Shown one piece after another: positions 23,451 through 38,303 of a stretch of 64,000 nucleotides of DNA. The DNA is taken from assembly GCA_965178125.1 (NCBI GenBank), contig OZ237735.1, positions 1,364,001 through 1,428,000 of the forward strand. Reading direction: 5' to 3'. The notes under the pieces were generated by a model, which saw nothing but the letters and a program-made list of their open reading frames with translations, did not search any database and was not told the origin of the DNA. This DNA is from Bilabrum cf. latius (taxonomy: Eukaryota). Every line of letters begins with the position of its first letter. The first letter of the stretch is position 1. A program made the position numbers and the translations under genes.

Positions 23451-26400
23451 ATGGCGACTGTACAGACAGCGCTACTGTCAGAAGCGCTATTGCACCATTC
23501 CAAGTGCCGGCTAGATCTGAAGAGTTCACTTGAATTGCGCGATGAGCGCTCCACGACCGCGTGGTCGGTACTTCAGAAAGCCATGACGAGCCGTGATCCC
23601 ACCGCAGGAGTTGCATGGATTAAACGACTTCGCGACAGTCTCGGCATGAATCAAGGTGAACTTGCTTGTGGATATTTTGCGGTATTGCCTGCTATCATTC
23701 TAAGGTTCATGTGCCGTTTTGATTGTCTCCAACAGTATCATCCGTCGCAGAAATTGACCGAAGTTGGTGTTGTGGAGCGTGTGGAAGAACATGCGGGCTA
23801 CGAATAACTGGTCTTGTGCTGCTGATCATCGCTGCATTTGTTGTGAACCGAGATCAGACTCCTCTGGTGATCTTCACGACAGACCATGCATCCGCGGTTG
23901 GTAGAGCCCCGGAAGACGCCCCCACTTGGGACCTTAGGAGAAGGTGGATAGATTTTACCGGTTCAGCGTTTGTGCTTGTATTGTGCTTATTTCTGGCTGT
24001 TCAAACGGCTTCGCTGGAGACTTCATGGGGAGTCTCACGAGGACTATCCCGAGACAGGTGCCACCGCTTAGGTTGTTGCGCTGCTTGTTCGGGTACAGAG
24101 GGGTCTACACCAATGTTCACGTGCTGTCAAACTAAAGCAAGCAGCAGCTTGCTTAGCATTGGCTGCCTGCCGCAACAATTGGGCGGCCCTTTCGTGTTAG
24201 TGGTCTGCCTGGGCTTCGGCATAGGGGTCGACCTCGTCAACGGATTCCCCGGCGCGGGGGTATACATTGTTGGGGTCTTAGGACCCGCCGTAGCCGTTGC
24301 GGCCACAGCAAGCAATCCACTCTCAGTGATTCTGACGTACGCAACATGCCTGGGCGCCTACATCGGGTGGGTCGTGCTGGACACCTGGCTCGTTGGCCTA
24401 TGGCCCCGCGTGCTGTCCCCCAGTGGGGGCAATCTCCCAGGGATCTTGCTCGCGCTGGTGGGGACTGCCGTCCCTGTGCTCGTGCTACCCGCGGTCATGT
24501 CGTACGCCGCGGCTTTGTCCACGCGGAACTCCCGCAAGCAGCTGCAGAGCGCACTGAAAGTTAGCCAGGCTGCGGGCCGCAGCTACACGGCCGTGGTGCA
24601 GCTGCTCCGATCGTTGATGCCACCCTTCGCGATGCAGTGCCTCACGAACGGCGTGCCCGCGTTTGAAACCGAGGCCTGCATCGTGGTGGTGCACATCGCA
24701 GTGCTGCCACGGTCCCTCCTCGCGCTGCAGAAGGTGGCTCACCGGGTCCAGACCGTGATGGGCACTACAATGATGGGATCTAGAGGTATCGCTGCCGAGG
24801 CTGCATCCTCAGTGGGCGGTGGGGCTCCCAGTGCAGAGAGGTCGGAGCGAAGCTTTGCTCCCACCATGGAAGGGAGTGACACATCGGGGGGCACCAGGTC
24901 AAGCGGAGGCGTTGGCAAAGGCGCTGCATCTTCGTCCCAGAGCAGGAAGGGCGAGAGACGGCACTGGAATTCGCGACAGGGCAGCAGCAGCTGGGGAATA
25001 GGGAGCTAGGGTGGTCCCAGTCTGGCAAGCAATGCAAGGGGGGGTACCAGTGACGGCAGCAGCGCCTCTGATGCCGGCTTACGTATCCGACGAGGTCGGT
25101 CGAGGCCATCCACGTCCTCTTCGATGGGCGTGGATGTGGCAGGCGGAGGGTTCAACCAAGAAGAGGGCGAAGCACTAGGTGACCATGATGTTGCGATTGA
25201 TGTTGATGGTGTTCGGAATGCTGAACCCGCAACCGGCGCCGCGAAGGCGAGCTTGCCTGGCGATCTCTTGCGACATTGGGAAGACAGTCAAGAGGCAGCA
25301 GATGCGCTAGCTAGAGCGATCTCGGCAGTAGATGGCATCGTCATGCCTAGGAACGGCGTGACCAAAGTGTCATGCGTCGGCAGCAATTGGACCGCAGCTG
25401 TGGGTATGGTGACTCCCACTGGTGCGATCGATTCAGTGCGGGCGAGCCAGCTTCGAATTCCAGCAAAGCGCAGGTCAAAACAGGCTTCAACCCGCTGGAG
25501 GAACGAGGGTTGGCGAGCCGAGAGAGATGCAGCTGGGGACGCGGAAGAACGACGCAAGGCATCAAATGGGCGAAGCAAGACCAGGGAGAGAACCGGCGAT
25601 AGCGGTGCCAGTCGTTAGGCCAGCCTGCGCAACGCCGCGATTGATAGAGAGGCAAGTAAGCCCTAGACCAGCTAGGTCCGTGCCCTAGCTCATGATGGCG
25701 CAGACGACCGGAATTCTGCACGGCATAGAGGGGCACCGGGAGTCTCTTCTGAGACTCGCGGGAGTAGCCCCGGTGGCCCTCAGCGTGGCAGCGATCACGG
25801 AGGTGCAGCTTTTCGGCTGGAGATGCCCGCGCAAACGGTGGCTCTTGCGATAGAAATGGGCGCAGGACTACAGACAGCAATCGCTAGCTTGGATGCTTGC
25901 GGGTACTTTGGGCGTGATGCAAGGGTAGAGGTGGGCGTGGGCATATCGGCCGGGTCAGCCTCAGTGGTTGGATTCCTGGGCTAGGACGTATCAGCGCACG
26001 CGTGGTCCGTGCTTGGAGATGCTCACGGAGAGGCCCGGCTGCTAGCGGAATAGATCCCCTACAGAGTACGCATTGCCAGCAGTGCCATCCGAATGCTCAA
26101 GGACCCGCTGCAGTGGAGGCAGAAAATCGTGCAGGAGCATCTGCGGCCTCGTGCCGATGCCCCCAGCGATGCTTCCCTCGGTTTCCTGCAAGCCGGCGTC
26201 CATTAGCAGGATCTAGCTCAGTTGAAGGCGTAGAGGAAAAAGTCCTCCGCGGGGGATCCGTCAGACAGCTCGGTTGCAACGGGTGCTGCCACCGCGTCGG
26301 CGACACCAAGCGCCTCATCGCGCATGGCACAGCGAGTAGCAGCGGCTCACAACAATAAGCCATCGCCAGATCTTGCGGCGTCGTTCACCCAGCAGGCGCA

Positions 26401-29400
26401 AGCGAGGAAAGAGGCTGAGATGGACCGTGCGGTAGCCATTGGCCTTCACAAGGCCAGCAAGGAGCTCGACGAGCTGAGCACGAGGAGACCTATGCCAACT
26501 CTAGGGAAAGCCACCGTTGCAGTTGCATCCGAATGGTAGCTGATCTTGCCGCCAGCAGCCCCAGTGGTGTTTCGTGCCAGTACCGCTGCCGGCTCAAAGG
26601 ATGTTTCGCGGGCAGCCAAGACTGGTACTCGGCTCACGACTGATCTCATGCTTTGCATGCCAACTCAAAAGCACAAGCCGCAGTCGACGAGTCAAACTGC
26701 CGATAGCAACCCAGTGGCCCTGCGGTACTCCACAGAAACGGCAGAAGACTCTGCATCAGATGGCGGCTTGTCCCCAAGAATTGCGGTGGGCACTTTGACG
26801 TCCCCTCGGACCAGTCACGCCCAACTGCCTGACGTCCAGCTGAGCGGAACACCCGAACAATCTGTGACAAGCGCAGCTAAAGTGCGTCCTGATCCGCTTG
26901 CGCGCGTATGTGATGTTATCTAGACATTTAGAGTGACGGCCACGAAAACAAGGAAGCGCCCGGCCTCTGGAAGAACCAGCGCGCACAGCGGAGGTAGACT
27001 TTTTTCCGCTGAATCCCAGGAAGGCAAGTCGGCGAGCAGGCAGGCCAAGCACGAAGGATCCGCGGTGGGTCAGCCAGAACCGGGCCTGACATCATCGTCT
27101 GGACTGCTGAGTAGCATGGTGGACGATGCAATTCGGCTTGCTGCAGTTCACTCCGAGTCGATCCAAGTTGGGCCAGACGGGCACTTATCAATCGATAGAA
27201 ATGATGAAGCTGCCGGATCCGCGACGTCCAATGCAAACCATGATGACGGAGAGATCGAAAGGGCGTCATCCAGCAGCGAGTCGGTGATTTCTATCACGAA
27301 AACACCAGCTGAGTCAGGAGTGCCTCCCGGCATGAGTCGCTCCGATATGCCGGCTGGTGCAGCCACCACAATGGATCGTGCGTGGGATGGGAGCGACAGT
27401 TCGGCTGGTAGGCTGGCCAAAGTTCTACATGTGTCGTCTGGGGTATCAGACAGCGTCTTGCTGTTATTTTAGCAGCACGTAGACGCTCAAGCGTATCCTT
27501 TGGTGGCGAAATAGGCAGCTGCAAGCCCATCAGTAGCTCCACCCACTCCGGTCAGTGCTGCAATCGACTCAGCGCATTCCGCTGGTTTCCCTGCCGAAAC
27601 CCCTCTACCGGGGATTCATAGACGGCCCAGCCATGCTCTCCCCGGGCGAGCACGTGGCGTTGGCTCGGTCTTGCCAACTTCAATGAGTCGCCATGGGAGC
27701 CACGCAAGCATGAACCCGAGAAGCGCAACGCACGGACCTAGAATCGCTGGAGCTGCGCACCCAGAGATGGTTGCTCAGATTTCTGCAGAGGGCCAGGCAC
27801 AGCTAGGCAACTTATCTGCTAGTAGTAGTACACCAGCGGCTGTCGAGCAGTCAGGCTTAGCCTCATGTTGCAGACCCTCGGGTATTCCTAAATTGCGCGC
27901 AAACCCAACCTTCTTGCATCTGGTCGTAGGAACTCCATGGTTACTTCTAGTTCTAATCATCATCGTGGTTGTGGAGTCGCTTTTGTCGTTTTGGAGGCGG
28001 TACGAATTTGCTCTTGCGGCTGGAGCCGATTCAATCTAGGCTGTTGAAGACACGCTCCAACCACTCATAGTCACCCTGATTGCATCGGGAACTTCGTTCG
28101 TTGGACTTGCTATCGTCTTCATACTGCCGCAGCTGAGCGTCTGGCTTGGCTGTTCCAGCCGTGCCGAGTACGTGCTTGACCTGTGCTGCGATTGCGATCA
28201 CTCTGACCGCTCGCATCATGGCTGGTTTACCCGACTCTTCGACATGTACGGGTTTTGCAACGGTGGTCGCGGCACCTGGCATTCATGGACTGTACTCTGG
28301 GCCAATGTGCTCGTGATTACTGCAATCCTCCTGACAAATGTGCTTTCTTTTGAGCTGAAGCTGCGAGACGATACCACTGGCTGTCTTTCAGTCCTTCTGC
28401 TCGATGGCATGTCCATCGTATGGATGTGCATATACTATCTTGAGCTGGTCATTGTGTGTTCTCCGGCACTGTGGGGCCACCAATTCGCTTCGCCGCCGGT
28501 GATTGCTGTTGCAGTTGCTATTTGCCACGGGTTCGCAATCATCAATGTACTTCTTAGGACTGACGTTGACCGTGCCGATGATTCGCGCCAGTGCCTCGAG
28601 ACAGCCTTTGCACCCTCCACAGGACGGACGCTGCGAGGACCACTGGCATTTCAGGCACTTCGTGTTGGTCTTCTTCCAGCCATTGCAGCCGTGTGGAGGT
28701 TTGCCACGTGGAGCGAGGTGCAGGGTATTGAAGAGAAGGCACTTCCGGCTCTGGAGCGGCTGCGTGAAGCAATTCTTGAAAAAGCGGGCACAGTGCAGGC
28801 AGCAGTTGACATGATGCTTCCAAGGCGATTGCTGGATCACTGGAATACGCAGCTTTAGACAATATCAGATGGGCTTGGCGGTTCCAAAAGCATACTTCGC
28901 TCACCATCCCAGCTGCTTCTGCTACCACGTAGGCACACCTAGGACAGGCTAGGGATATCTGTTGAGACTCCCACTATCGCCGTTCTGGCCGTGCATCTGA
29001 ATCATGTGAAGGACCTATTATCCCTCATCGGCCCTGTTGCATTGTTTCGCATCACTCGGGAGGTGTGTGCCGCCGTAGAGGGAGCGTGCATCAGGCGTAA
29101 AGGCCGTCGAGTTCGAGTGTCGCAGGAGGGCGTGCTAACTGCTTTCGGGCTTGACAATTGGACAGATCACCATGCTGATCACGATGTCTCCATGCAGCGG
29201 GCTTCAACCCGGAAAAGCTCGAACGGAGTTGAGGAAGCAATCGGGGACCCCAGGAGCAGGGCTTCCTCCGGAGCAGCCCGCCTGAGGGCAAATGACCCTC
29301 AGCTACTGGCTACGCGAGCGCTGTTATCCGCATCGGATGTATCTGCGGCACTCTTTCTCCTATCTCGTCGCCTCAAGGTTGAACTGTCTGTGTCATGCTC

Positions 29401-32400
29401 GCTGCATATTGGTCCGACGTAGCTAGTAGCGGCAGGCGGACATTAGGCCTGGGACCTGCACGGCAGCACCGTGGACGACTCGCTGGCAATTGCAGCGAGG
29501 GCTGCAATCGAGGTGCCTCGGCGTTCGGGCTCTGTCATCGTGTGCTCCAGCAGGGCGATGATGTCGCTCACTTCGGCCGAGCCTTCGTTCGAGGCAGTCT
29601 TTGCAGAACGGCTACCATCGTAGCCGGAGGGTCTCTCGAGCCGGGTACTGGCCGGAGTCTCCACTGCAAGCCAGGTACGCTTGACGTCTGGAGCGGGTTT
29701 TGCGCTGAGCACGGCAGCGCAGGGTGACGAGGCACGCACTCGGACCGGTTAGAGCCGGTCAGCGGAGGGAAGCGCTGGTACCCGCAACAACGCTGCTGAT
29801 TTTGATTCCGGGCGTTTTCTGCCGAAACGACAAACTCGCCGAACGGATGCTGCTGCTGCTTTGCATTGGTTTGGGTGGACCACGCACGCCCACGAGCAGC
29901 TGCTTCGGATCAGTTTACGGGTGTCTGGCATGCAAAATTCGGTGCATGGCAGCCTGCATCCCTCAGGAGGTGCACCACACGAAGATGCCACATCTAGGAA
30001 CAACAATCGAAGCAGAGGCAGGCATAGGATCCATTAGGACACCCTGACTGCCTTGTTGCAACTAGTCGGCGAATCCACATGTACCCGAATCGAATCTTGC
30101 GCAGATCGTCTTTCAAGGCAGCACCCCGACTCGAGCTCAGTGGGAGAACGGCTCGTTTAGACCCTTGCCTTAGTATTACAGGCTGTGCATTCGACTGAAG
30201 GAACCACGATGATATGTGTGCACGACGTGGATACAGAGGCCACCAGCTTATTCGTGAGTGACGAGTGCTGGTACTTGGCTCGATGCTCGCCCGAAGCGCT
30301 TGAAGGCAAGAGCGCATACAAGCTTTTGTTCAAAGACGACCTGGCGCGTGTGTCCGAGGCGCATGACGTCAACCTTGAATCAGATGAGGTCATAACTGCT
30401 GATGTACAGTACCGCGTTTTGGTGGGCTACACAACGCTTAGCGCGGTAGCCGCATGTGCTGGTGTCTCACTTGGTCATATCGCTGAGGACATTAGCAGGG
30501 AGTCTTCGGATGGAACAGCAGAGTCAAGCAATGCAGGCGGGACAAGTAGTCAGGCATATTCTGCCGATAATGGTACCAGGTCAGGTCTGCGCGCACGCAA
30601 TACCCAGCCTTTTCGCGAGATGCAAACGGCGAAGATCCCGTGGCACGGTCGAGATACAGCGATCCTCGGCACTGTGTGTCGCAGCGCCAGCCAGGCTTTG
30701 CCTGGCGAGTTGGTCAGACCACTTGCAGAGATCAAGTAGCTGCTGCAGGAATAGGAGACTAGTCAGGAGCACCTGCAATTTGAGCGAATGAAGGATCTGC
30801 CCGTGCCCGTTTGCCGATGGGTGTCAGCTCGCACCCTTCGTGATCGGGGTGGCAAGTTCCTCATTAGCATCTGGCGGCCGATGTTGGAGGACCAAGAAGA
30901 AATACAAGAGAGTCTTGGAGTACCTGCCTGGGACTACGTTACGATTCCGCAAAGTGAAACCATGCAGCCGTTGCCCGATGGCAAGAGTGCTGGCACCGAT
31001 GAGGTGCCGCCTGGGGGTGCTGGATCACCTAGTGCCATCGACCCGCTTAGCTGGAATCGCAAGGTGTCTGAGCTTCGAGAGAAGGCTCAAAGACTCTAGG
31101 CCAAGCCGTAGGTAGTTGCCCCCGCTACTCCACTGATTGCTGGCGGTGATGAGAATGACGACGCAATGCAAGTCTAGCAAGCCAAGGCTGATCTTCTCAG
31201 CATTCCCATATCCTTCGCTGAATTCAAGCTGCTGCGTCTGCTAGGAAAGGGGGCATTCGGCACTGTGTACCAGGCGTGCCACCTGCCCTCTGGCACCAGC
31301 ATGGCACTCAAGATCCTGAGGGCGAAGCGAGTGAGGAGGAGGCACCTGCGGGCAGAGCTCAACGTGCTCTCCCAGCTACCCGTCCACCCTTGCTTGCCTC
31401 GATTCTTCTGCTGTATCTCTAGCCAGAAACGTATTTTCATCGCTACTGAATACATCGATGGGCCAACTTTGAGCGACGTGGTGTAGAATCGTGGGCGCAT
31501 GTCAGAGGACGCGTTGAGGGTTCTCATTGCGTAGCTGGTTTGCGCGCTTCAGGAGCTGCACAGCAACGGCATTGTGCACAGAGACATTAAACCAGGTAAT
31601 GTGATGATCAGAGCATCCAACGGTCAGCCTGTACTCATTGATTTTGGATTATCCGAGGTCATGTATGGCGTGTCAGTTCCTGCGACAATGGGGTCCGACT
31701 TGGGACGGGACGAGGCTCGCCTGTCTAAACCATAGCCTGGTGCCTTAAGCGTTGCGGCTACATCATCTCTGGCAAAACAGGCGGCTTCAACGTCTGCTGT
31801 GTCGGTAAAGCCAAACTCGTCAGTGCGTTTTCTCCGGGAGTACAGGCATGAGCTTGAATCTGCCGGGCTCGTGCCGCTCCTGAAGCAGCTCTCGCCCTCC
31901 ATGAGCCTGCAGGCGTCATCTGCTCGAACCAGCATTTTCTCGATGGGACCTCTGGTCTTCGATGGCAGTGGAAATCCAAAGGAGGCGTGGAATGCGTTTC
32001 GAGACGTGGTGGCTGCAAGAGCTGGACATCGGGCCGCGGGACGGTTCGGACCGATGTGGGCGAAAGGGCAGAGCGCAGTCCAGCCGAGGGTCGCGTCGGT
32101 TCTTGTGTTTGATTCCAGGGATGACGAGTTTCTGGCGCAAGCCCGCATGAAAGCGCTGCAGATGCAGGCAAGGCGCACAGCGTTCCTTCGAGAAACCCGG
32201 AAGGGCGCCGCAGACCCTCTTGCCGAACCAGAGCCACCCGCTTCGCCGAGCGACGGATACCACTCGCTTGTAACCAGAATGAGGCTGCAAGGGTCTCTAT
32301 CCGAGTGCCCAGGGCCTGATGATATGCCCACACCCGAGCCAATCGGCGGAACAGTCGATGCAGCAAAGAAGCTGAAGCATGCGATCTACCAATGGAGGTC

Positions 32401-35400
32401 CTTATTCTGGTTTCTTGATCACGCTACAAATATTGTGCCCTCGATGGTGCAGGGCTCGATCGACTTTCACAGTGCCATCAAAGGAGAGGGCTGGCTCTTC
32501 GATTCGATCATTGTCACGGATGTCGACAGCCCAGAAGTCGCAGAGGCTTTGTGTGCAGAGCTCATGCCGATGTTGGCAGATTGGGAGCGTGTCATGGAGG
32601 GCCACGTCAGACGAGCTGCAAAGCAGGCAAGCCGGAACGCAGCAAAACTGCGCAGCCGTAGCAGAACCAACTTGGTGCAGCCTCATGTCGACCTGACCGC
32701 TGGTAGGAATAGCTTGCCAAGTCAGATACAGTCTCAGATTTCGGCTAGGTCATCATGGTACTCTGCGCAGAAGTGCATTGCGAAAGTGGTTCTTGTGACG
32801 CCAGCAGGCGTATCCCCGGCCACGAGACATAGGATCTTTGCGGCCGCTGCCAAGTATAGCAGTTCGGTGGAAGTTTTACCAGAGGTTGCACCCGTGATGG
32901 GTTTCATGGAGCTGGTGGACAAGCCCGCCACCGAGAGAGCTGCTGCACTGCACATGCACGACGTGCAGCTAGACCCAGCTCTCATTCGATTCCGAACAAT
33001 GAGCAGGTAGACGTCAAAGATCGCCGGCTCTGCCCCTGAGGCTATGTCCAGCGGAGCTCTGCGCAACTCAACTGCACGGGAGGTCGCTGAATCTAGTGCA
33101 TCAATACGATTGCAAGTAGCAACAGAGCTTGGCCTGTAGCCGATGCCTGTGATCTATGCTGACATTCTAAAGCGTTTAGGCAAGGGGACGGGCAGTCGGG
33201 GGACAGGTGGTGTCATTACGAGCGAGGTTCTTCGGAAGCAGCTGATGACAGGGCAAGTGCCTATGGCGTCGATGCACGTGTTCGATGACCACTAGAACAG
33301 CGTTCCACCAGCAGCAAGAGCCGGCAAGGGGACCGGCGCGGCCATTCTGAAGCACATGCAGTCGCTGCTACCTGTTGAGGAGGACTTACGTGATGAGGGT
33401 GGAGAGCATGACAAAATGGGCCTTGTGGTTCGGACAGCACAGCGTGCCCCCGGGCCTGCACGTGCGTCCAGCGCGAGGGCAACTGGCAGCCACGGCGAGG
33501 TATTCGACGATAATGCTCAGGGGACGGAAGAAGAGGATGATGATCGAATGCAGTCATACGAACAATTGCAAGGGATGGAGAGGGGCGTGACGTTCGAGGT
33601 GGTTGATTTTGACCTTGCCAAAGCCAGAGAAATGCCCCGCGCAGAGTCGACAACCCCCGAGGAGAGGATGGCGCAGATGCTGGTCAAGAAATCTAGCGGT
33701 AAATTTCGTGCAAAACGCAAGCAAAAGTTAGCTAGATCATCTCGGAGATAGCGTGCGGCTGCCCCTGGCCTGTCAGGGTTTCAGAGTGAGGTGGCTGGGG
33801 ATAGCCTCGGTGCTGGTGAGCTTGGGATGTCGTCCACTCAGCAGAGGAGTGACCCAAGTGTTGCTTCCAGCGCTAGCTAGCAACGGGCGCCGCTGCAACA
33901 GGACCGCAAGAAGCGCAAGGTAGACCACGCTTCTAGGTTGTTCTTCCACGCATCCGTGTATCGGCTGGAGCGCCCATTCATCAACCAGGTGGCTGGCACG
34001 CCAGCTTACCTTGCACCCGAAGTGATGCTGCGAAAGGCATCGTTCGATTCGGACCTCTGGTCGCTCGGCGTCCTTGCGTTCCGCTGTTTGGCGGGGCGCA
34101 TTCCTTTTGCGGGGGAATCCAGGGAGGAGGTCACAGCTGCCATTCTTCGAGGCGACATCAGGTGGGAGCGCTTGCCCCGGAGCACCAAGCCAGAGACGCT
34201 CGATTTCTTGCGGGGGCTACTGCAGGTCGTGCCACAAGAGAGGACAGGCTCCGTGCAAAGAGGTGGTGTGGAGACGCTGAGGGCGCACCCTTTCTTGTGT
34301 GGGAGAGTGAAGTGGGAGACTCTGTTCAACGGCAGCGCACCACTGAGTCGAATGGCAAAGCACCTCACGCAAAAGAAGCCTACAACCTTCGACTCGCACG
34401 AGACCGCCAAGATTCAGATCAATTTCGCGGGGAAAAGCGTCCCTGCCATGACGGACGATGTGGTTCGCGCCAACGTGCAAAGGTCGTAGATCCAGTTAAA
34501 TGACAGCATCGAAAGGATGAGGCCGATCGTCATCCAACGGATCGTGGCAAAGCTCCCCCAAGAGCAATCGGGATCCCAATCGTCCAGGACAGGCGCGACG
34601 AGCAGCTCTGACATCGCGGGCCAGAGCAGCTTGGGTGGCTCCAACCGGCTCAAGTCATCCAAACGCGACCTCGCGAGCGACTTGTCGGAGTCTGGCAGCC
34701 CAGATCTCAGCATGCCCGAGCCTGCGAAGGGCATCAGAGGAGGAGATCATGCGCCGGCGTCCGGGGCAGGGGCAGATGAAACAGTCCACTAGAAGCATGC
34801 ATCGAAGAGAAAGGCGCAGAAGGAGCCTCGCATGCAGAGGGGCAACACCCATGGCCAGTCCATGCCTCTTGCAATGTCAGCCTCCATCAGCCGCCGCAGG
34901 GAGGCAGAGGCTACTGATGAGGAAGTATCTGGGCGGGCGGGCGATGGAGCATCCGGTGCCGCCCAGGAGAAGCCTCCTAGGCCCAACGAGATGCATTCCG
35001 TGCGGTTGCTGGGCCGCATGTCTTCGATGCGATCTCGGTCCAGGCGGGACGGACACGCCTCAATGCTCGCTTCTGGGTCGGTGGAGCACAGGGGTGGCTC
35101 CATGGTGAGGGACGAATTGGATGAGACCTTGGACGAGGCGAGGGAGGGCGCGAGCAAGCAGGGGCGCCGGAGGGAGGAGGGCAGCAAGGCCGGGATGGGC
35201 AGGGATTCGGGCACTAAGCTAGGGGGTGGCGGAACCGGCGCCGCCGCGCACTGGCAGACGCACGGCAGGCGCAACGTGGCGAGCAAGCTCAAGTCCCGCG
35301 AGTTCCAGGAGCAGCTCGAGTTCATGTCGGGGGCCTCCTAGCAGGACATTGGCAGGATGCAGCAGGCTGTAAGCGCTGACCCCAGGTTTAGGGCGAGGGA

Positions 35401-35809
35401 AGCCCACGAGGCGCGCAGGAAGGAGATGGCCAAGCTAGCGAGGAGCGGGTTCGACATGGATGCGATCAAGGAGGGCTTCGGGAGAGTCGGCGGCGGGGCT
35501 GGTGCGGCTGCTAGTCCGGACAGCGGGCGGCTCGACAGCGGGAATCGCTGGGGAGGGAGCGCGGGGAGGAGGCGCTCCTCTGAGATGAACAACGCAAGCC
35601 TCGTCGTAGACGCGGAAGAAGGCATCAGTGTGCAGTTTGAAGGGGGTTTGCTAGGTCTTGGCGGCGGAACAGGCAGGGGTGGCGGCGGATCTCAGGCCGC
35701 TGAGCAGCGCGACCGCGAAGGTCGCAGCCCGAGGGAGGCTGGTTCGAGCTTTGCTCTGGGCGGTGAGTCTGACGACGACTACGAGGATGGAGAGTCCGAG
35801 GGTTTGTGA
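23451..35809 (+). CDS. Giant (~4090 aa) signalling protein: TM cluster, degenerate class III cyclase, TM cluster, degenerate cyclase, PAS, AGC-like Ser/Thr kinase with a very large activation-segment insert
   Basis: Exon 23451-23655, intron 23656-23735, then a 12,074-nt frame with about 37 TAGs and no TAA/TGA until TGA at 35807. Cyclase-like: [59 protein letters not shown]...[30 protein letters not shown]. Kinase: [24 protein letters not shown]...[20 protein letters not shown]...VKW. Confidence 0.8.
23656..23735 (+). other. Spliceosomal intron
   Basis: GTGAAC...CAACAG, phase 1; links ORF 23451 to the long downstream frame. Confidence 0.6.
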
Positions 35810-36344
35810 ATCATGTGGTTGTTAGTTGCGCATGTTTCACAGCTGAACGACTGCGCGCCGAAAATATGATTTGCCTCTGGATTCAAACGTTACTATGGAA
35901 TTGTACAGTGCTGATATGTATAACTGAGCGGCCGGAATCCAATTTTCAACTCCCACGAGCGCGAATACCGTTTCGCACAGTACAGCAATTGCTATAGAAT
36001 ATATATAACAAGTATGGTAAGGCAGCACCGCAGATATATGCAGCTTCATCTATATTTGGGGCGGCTGTTGTACATGCAATAATTGAAATTTGGATTGCCG
36101 TTCGACAGCGAGATCTACCGCGCCTTATCTCTTTATCTCGCTTTTGGGTGCTGAATATTCGTGACAGAAGGGCGTCAAAAGTTGTCACAAGAGTATTTTA
36201 GCTTTTTGTTCTTCGAGCATGCAATGGCTAGCGGGCCTTGGTGGAGGACCTGGTACAGCCGGGCACTTGCCGGTCTGGTGGGACAAGTTTGGCTGCATGG
36301 CGCACACTTCCACGGAAATTCATGCATTACTTACCTATTCGCAG

Positions 36345-38031
<1,687 letters not shown>

Positions 38032-38303
38032 GGCGAGCAAATTCGCGTCTGCAAGCCGTGCTGCGGGCGTTATCTTGGAGTATCAGCCCGTTTTTGGGCA
38101 GAATCAATAATTGCGCCCGACTTTGCGCGTGTGCGCACAAGTATGTCAGCCACACCATACCTATGCACAAGTGCATGCTATTGCCAGAGGCTGCCAAGTT
38201 CCGTTGCGTGCTCCTTGCGCCGCGTTCCGGAGCTGAAACGATCCGGTCTGGCCGCGAAACCATACCGTAGAGAAGCAGGCAAACGAACCGAGCTAGCTTA
38301 GGC

